A stretch of 64,000 nucleotides of DNA from Candidatus Latescibacterota bacterium (GTDB lineage Bacteria > Latescibacterota > UBA2968 > UBA8231): positions 1,728,001 to 1,792,000 of the forward strand of contig CBDAOB010000004.1 of NCBI GenBank assembly GCA_965197905.1, written 5' to 3'. This document shows, one piece after another, positions 60,117 through 64,000 of this stretch; the stretch's first letter is position 1; every line of letters begins with the position of its first letter. A model generated the notes under the pieces. That model saw only the letters and a list, made by a program, of their open reading frames with translations. It searched no databases and was not told the DNA's origin. The position numbers were made by a program, and so were the translations under genes.

Positions 60117-60629
60117 TCAGCTGTCGCCTTCTTCAGACGCGGTGCTGGGCACCGCTTCGTCGGCGGCTGCGTCCTTGGTTTGGCTGTCTTCTTCTGCCGT
60201 CGGTTCTGCGGCGCGCCGAGGTCGTTCCTCTTGCCCCTCACGGCCGTCTCGATTGTCGCGCCGAAAGCTGTCCCGCGAAGGCCGTTCGGGGAACAGTGCG
60301 CTCTCCGGCAACAGCTGGGGCACCCGCAAAAACTCGCCTTGGATACCGACAACCAGGTGGCGAAGAACCTCTTCGTCCAAGGAAAGCTCGCGCTCCAAGG
60401 CCGAAATCGAAGTCGGATCCGCGGTAAACTGAAAAAGCACATAATACCCTTGTTGTCGCTTCTTCAAACTTGCCGAGGAGTAGGACAATTTGCGCAGCCC
60501 CCAATGGTCGGTGTGAGCAACCTCGGCAGAACCGGACTTCAAGTACTTCTCGTACTTCTCCGCCACCTCGCCGAATCTTCCGTCGCCAATCTGAGGATCT
60601 AGAATACAGACCAGTTCGTAATTCTTCAT
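60117..60629 (-). CDS. rpsF: 30S ribosomal protein S6 with long charged C-terminal extension
   Basis: YELVCILDP, WGLRKLSY, GYY, VLRHLVV. Confidence 0.93.
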   Translation of the reverse strand: MKNYELVCILDPQIGDGRFGEVAEKYEKYLKSGSAEVAHTDHWGLRKLSYSSASLKKRQQGYYVLFQFTADPTSISALERELSLDEEVLRHLVVGIQGEFLRVPQLLPESALFPERPSRDSFRRDNRDGREGQEERPRRAAEPTAEEDSQTKDAAADEAVPSTASEEGDS

Positions 60630-60666
60630 ACGTTGTTCTCTTTAGGTTTGCGCCGACGTCGGTGCT

Positions 60667-62709
60667 TCATACCAGAATTGGCACGAGTACCAGGGATAAA
60701 ACGGACATGAGCTTGATCAAAATATTCATCGACGGTCCGGTGGTGTCTTTGAAGGGGTCACCGACGGTATCGCCAACGACGGCGGCTTTGTGTGAGTCAG
60801 ATCCCTTGCCTCCCAGGTTCCCCTCTTCGATCCATTTCTTGGCGTTGTCCCAAGCACCTCCGCTATTGGACATCAACAGGGCCAGTAGAACCCCACTTAC
60901 CGTGGCCCCAGCCAACATCCCGCCTAACGCGACAGGGCCTAGAAGGAATCCCACCACCAAAGGTGCGAGGACGGCAAGCAGACCAGGCAGGATCATCTCC
61001 TTGAGAGCAGCGGCGGTGCTGATATCGATGCAACGTTTGGTATCGGGTTTGCCGGTGCCCTCCATGATACCCGGAATCTCCCTGAACTGACGTCGCACCT
61101 CTTCGACCATCTTGAATGCGGCGCGACCAACGGCGGTCATGGTCATCGCGCCGGCGAGATACGGGATCGCCGCCCCGATGAATAGTCCTATTACGACGAT
61201 AGGCGAAGTGACATCGATTACGATAGGAGCACCTGTCTCTACCTCAACGGCGGCTGTAAAGGCTGAAAACAGGGCCAAGGCCGTGAGCGCGGCAGAACCG
61301 ATGGCGAACCCCTTGCCAATCGCTGCGGTGGTGTTTCCAAGTGAGTCGAGACTGTCGGTAATCTTGCGGACATCCTCGCCGAGGCCGGACATCTCGGCTA
61401 TGCCTCCGGCGTTGTCGGCGATCGGACCGTAAGCATCCACGGACATGGTGATGCCGACGGTCGACAGCATGCCCACCGCAGCTATGCCGATGCCATAGAG
61501 GCCGGCCGCATCGTGGGCCAGATAGATCGCCAGCACGATTCCAAGAACTGGAAGCGCCGTACTCTCCATGCCTACGGCAAGGCCGGTGATGATATTGGTG
61601 GCGGAACCGGTCTTGGACGCCTCGGCGATGTTGCGGATCGGTTTTCCGCCGGTGTAATATTCGGTGAGCAGTCCGATGATGATTCCCGCGAGCGCTCCAC
61701 ACAAAACAGCCCAGAAGGTTCCCAACTCAAGATTGAGATTGACCGTGATGTAATAAGCGCCGACAAGCATCAAACCCGCGGCGACGAAGGTGGCATATCG
61801 CAACGCCGCACCCGGGTCCCAGTTCTGGAGAATCCGAACGGCAAAGACACCAACGATCGAAGCGACCAACCCGACGATAATGACCATGAGCGGATAGGCC
61901 ATGAGTGCCAGCCGGGCATTCGCCTCGGTCAAGTTGGGTCCGAGGGTGGATAGCATCGCGGTAGAAGCCGTTGCGGCGATGGCGATACTGGCGATGACCG
62001 AACCGACATAGGACTCAAAGATGTCCGCGCCCATACCGGCCACGTCGCCGACGTTGTCGCCGACGTTATCAGCGATAGTCGCCGGATTCCGGGGATCGTC
62101 CTCTGGGATACCCGCTTCCACCTTGCCGACCAGGTCAGCCCCCACGTCGGCGGTCTTCGTGAAGATGCCACCGCCCACGCGGGCAAACAAAGCGATAGAA
62201 CTTGCCCCCATTGCGAACCCGCTGATCGCTGACGCGTTGGACGAATTTCCCCAGATGCCGAAGGCAAGTGCCAGGCTCGAGATGCCGAGCATGCCGAGAC
62301 TCGCAACCGCCAACCCCATCACCGCACCACCGCTAAAAGCCATGCTCAAGGCGGGTCCCTGGCCATGTTCGCTGGCGGCGTTTGCCGTGCGCACGTTGGC
62401 TCGGGTCGCCGCCTTCATGCCGGCGAACCCGGCCGCGATCGAACAGGCGGCACCGGTGAGAAACGCATACGCCGTGCGCTCGTTTACGCTGGTGTAGAGC
62501 AGTGCAAAGACGACGATGATGAAAATCAAGAGCATGGAATACTCACGGCGAAGAAACGCCATCGCGCCTTCGTGCACACTGGCGGATATTTCTGTCATTA
62601 AGGCGCTGCCTTCAGGCTTCCGCGTGATGGACCAGTAGAGCAACAGGGCAAGGATCAACCCGGCCGCTGCTACATACGGAGCCATCGAAACCCAAGAAGA
62701 AATACTCAA
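60667..62709 (-). CDS. hppA: K+-dependent membrane pyrophosphatase, probably Na+-translocating
   Basis: [54 protein letters not shown]. Confidence 0.95.
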   Translation of the reverse strand: MSISSWVSMAPYVAAAGLILALLLYWSITRKPEGSALMTEISASVHEGAMAFLRREYSMLLIFIIVVFALLYTSVNERTAYAFLTGAACSIAAGFAGMKAATRANVRTANAASEHGQGPALSMAFSGGAVMGLAVASLGMLGISSLALAFGIWGNSSNASAISGFAMGASSIALFARVGGGIFTKTADVGADLVGKVEAGIPEDDPRNPATIADNVGDNVGDVAGMGADIFESYVGSVIASIAIAATASTAMLSTLGPNLTEANARLALMAYPLMVIIVGLVASIVGVFAVRILQNWDPGAALRYATFVAAGLMLVGAYYITVNLNLELGTFWAVLCGALAGIIIGLLTEYYTGGKPIRNIAEASKTGSATNIITGLAVGMESTALPVLGIVLAIYLAHDAAGLYGIGIAAVGMLSTVGITMSVDAYGPIADNAGGIAEMSGLGEDVRKITDSLDSLGNTTAAIGKGFAIGSAALTALALFSAFTAAVEVETGAPIVIDVTSPIVVIGLFIGAAIPYLAGAMTMTAVGRAAFKMVEEVRRQFREIPGIMEGTGKPDTKRCIDISTAAALKEMILPGLLAVLAPLVVGFLLGPVALGGMLAGATVSGVLLALLMSNSGGAWDNAKKWIEEGNLGGKGSDSHKAAVVGDTVGDPFKDTTGPSMNILIKLMSVLSLVLVPILV

Positions 62710-62750
62710 CTGCGACCTCCCTTAGTCTGTGATATGTGTTTCACTCACGC

Positions 62751-63308
62751 TCAATTGTTAAACGAGTTCATCGCTGAATCGATGCCGTCGGCCACGAAAA
62801 ACTTGAGGGCATCGCAAGCGTGTTCAGTGGTCGCCTGCAGATCGTCCCCAGGGGCGAAATCCCCCAATACGTAGTCGGAGAGATCCGCTTCCTCCGGTGG
62901 CGGGCCGATGCCCAGCCGTACTCGTGGTATCTCCTGGCTGCCCACTTCTTTGATGATGGAGGCGAGACCGTTGTGGCCTCCGTCTCCGCCTCGTGGTCGA
63001 ATACGCAAACGGCCGAACGGTAACGCCGCGTCGTCGAGGACGACGATCATGTCCTGGGTTTCGAAACCCAGTCGATCGCGCAGACGGGCAAATGCGAGAC
63101 CGCTGCGATTCATATACGTCTGAGGTTTGACCAAAAGCGCGTTGAGCGTGCCCCGTTGCAAACGAGCGACAATGCTTTCGGCCGCGTCGTCGGTGTGCCA
63201 CGTTCCAGCGGCTTCCCGCGCCAGTCGGTCGAGGACCATAAAGCCGATGTTATGGCGGGTGGACACGTATTTCGGCCCGGGATTACCAAGACCGAAGATG
63301 ACCTTCAC
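62751..63308 (-). CDS. pth: Peptidyl-tRNA hydrolase
   Basis: GLGNPG..Y..TRHNIGF, KPQTYMNRSG, GGHNGL; GTG start at 63308. Confidence 0.96.
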   Translation of the reverse strand: MKVIFGLGNPGPKYVSTRHNIGFMVLDRLAREAAGTWHTDDAAESIVARLQRGTLNALLVKPQTYMNRSGLAFARLRDRLGFETQDMIVVLDDAALPFGRLRIRPRGGDGGHNGLASIIKEVGSQEIPRVRLGIGPPPEEADLSDYVLGDFAPGDDLQATTEHACDALKFFVADGIDSAMNSFNN

Positions 63309-63321
63309 CAGACTCGACCAA

Positions 63322-63996
63322 TCACGCCCCCTCTCCGGCTTCTTCGTCAGCGCCTTCGGGAGCGGCGTCCTCTGCAGCGGCTTCACCCTCCTCACCTTCG
63401 ATGGCCTCTTCTTCTTCAACAACGTCCTCTTCTATCACTCGCGGCGCCAGGACGGTGAGAATCGTCTGCTGTGGCTCGGAAGTGATGCGCTCTTCGTGCT
63501 CCAACAGGTCGCTGACGCGCACGCTGTCTCCGACCTCCAGCGGCGTGACGTCGACCTCGATGCGACTCGGCATCTCCCCTACGGGACATTCCATCTCCAC
63601 CGATTGCTGCGTTTGCTGCAAAGCGCCGCCCGAGCGCACACCGGCGGCAAGGCCAGTCATGGTTACTGGTACATTGACCCGCAGCACCTCCTCGGGATCG
63701 ATCCGCAGAAGGTCGAAATGAAGAATCTCACCCCTTACCTTATGGTACTGGATCTCGCGGACGATGGCCCGTTCGGACGCCCCGTTGTGGCGCACCAGGA
63801 AAATAGCGTTCGAACCGCCGGTACTCATGGCGCGTTCCAGGGTCAGGGCTTCCGTCTTCAGGTGATACGGATCCTGCGTGTGGCCATACAAGACCCCGGG
63901 AAGCATGCCCTGCTCGCGGCGCAATTTGCCCACGGCACCCTTGCCTTGCTCTTGGCGATCCTCTACCTCGAGGCCGATCTCCTCCCTTTGGTACAC
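63322..63996 (-). CDS. rplY: 50S ribosomal protein L25/Ctc (start at the window edge, uncertain)
   Basis: GKGA..KLRR..PGVLYG, H.DL, C-terminal Ctc domain and acidic tail. Confidence 0.93.
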   Translation of the reverse strand: MYQREEIGLEVEDRQEQGKGAVGKLRREQGMLPGVLYGHTQDPYHLKTEALTLERAMSTGGSNAIFLVRHNGASERAIVREIQYHKVRGEILHFDLLRIDPEEVLRVNVPVTMTGLAAGVRSGGALQQTQQSVEMECPVGEMPSRIEVDVTPLEVGDSVRVSDLLEHEERITSEPQQTILTVLAPRVIEEDVVEEEEAIEGEEGEAAAEDAAPEGADEEAGEGA

Positions 63997-64000
63997 TTGC

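Overview
High-GC bacterial chromosomal window from a diderm organism (it encodes a TonB-dependent receptor and lipoproteins). Most of it is housekeeping and catabolic genes: sdhA/C, sucCD, hrpA, rnd, hemF, uxuA, hppA and rplY-pth-rpsF-rplI. Two things stand out. (1) An unannotated ~215-nt minus-strand RNA at 7771-7986. It has its own TATAAT promoter and intrinsic terminator and folds by eye into a three-way junction with two C-rich, anti-Shine-Dalgarno-like loops. It lies divergent from an XRE-family regulator, and all three promoters in the interval are overlapped by the same ACAC-N6-GTGT palindrome. (2) A ~13.4-kb integrase-less island in tRNA-Sec, bounded by 96-bp direct repeats and by IS3-type inverted repeats just inside them. 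It carries a nonulosonic (legionaminic-type) acid cluster plus an amidinotransferase and tandem duplicated methyltransferases. Also noted: rpsR is missing from the rpsF-rplI cluster, an oxalate-activation gene pair, an atypical ABC/membrane-fusion exporter, and a decayed Ldh_2 gene. Several single-base homopolymer frameshifts are probably sequencing errors. All calls come from reading motifs by eye; no database searches were run.
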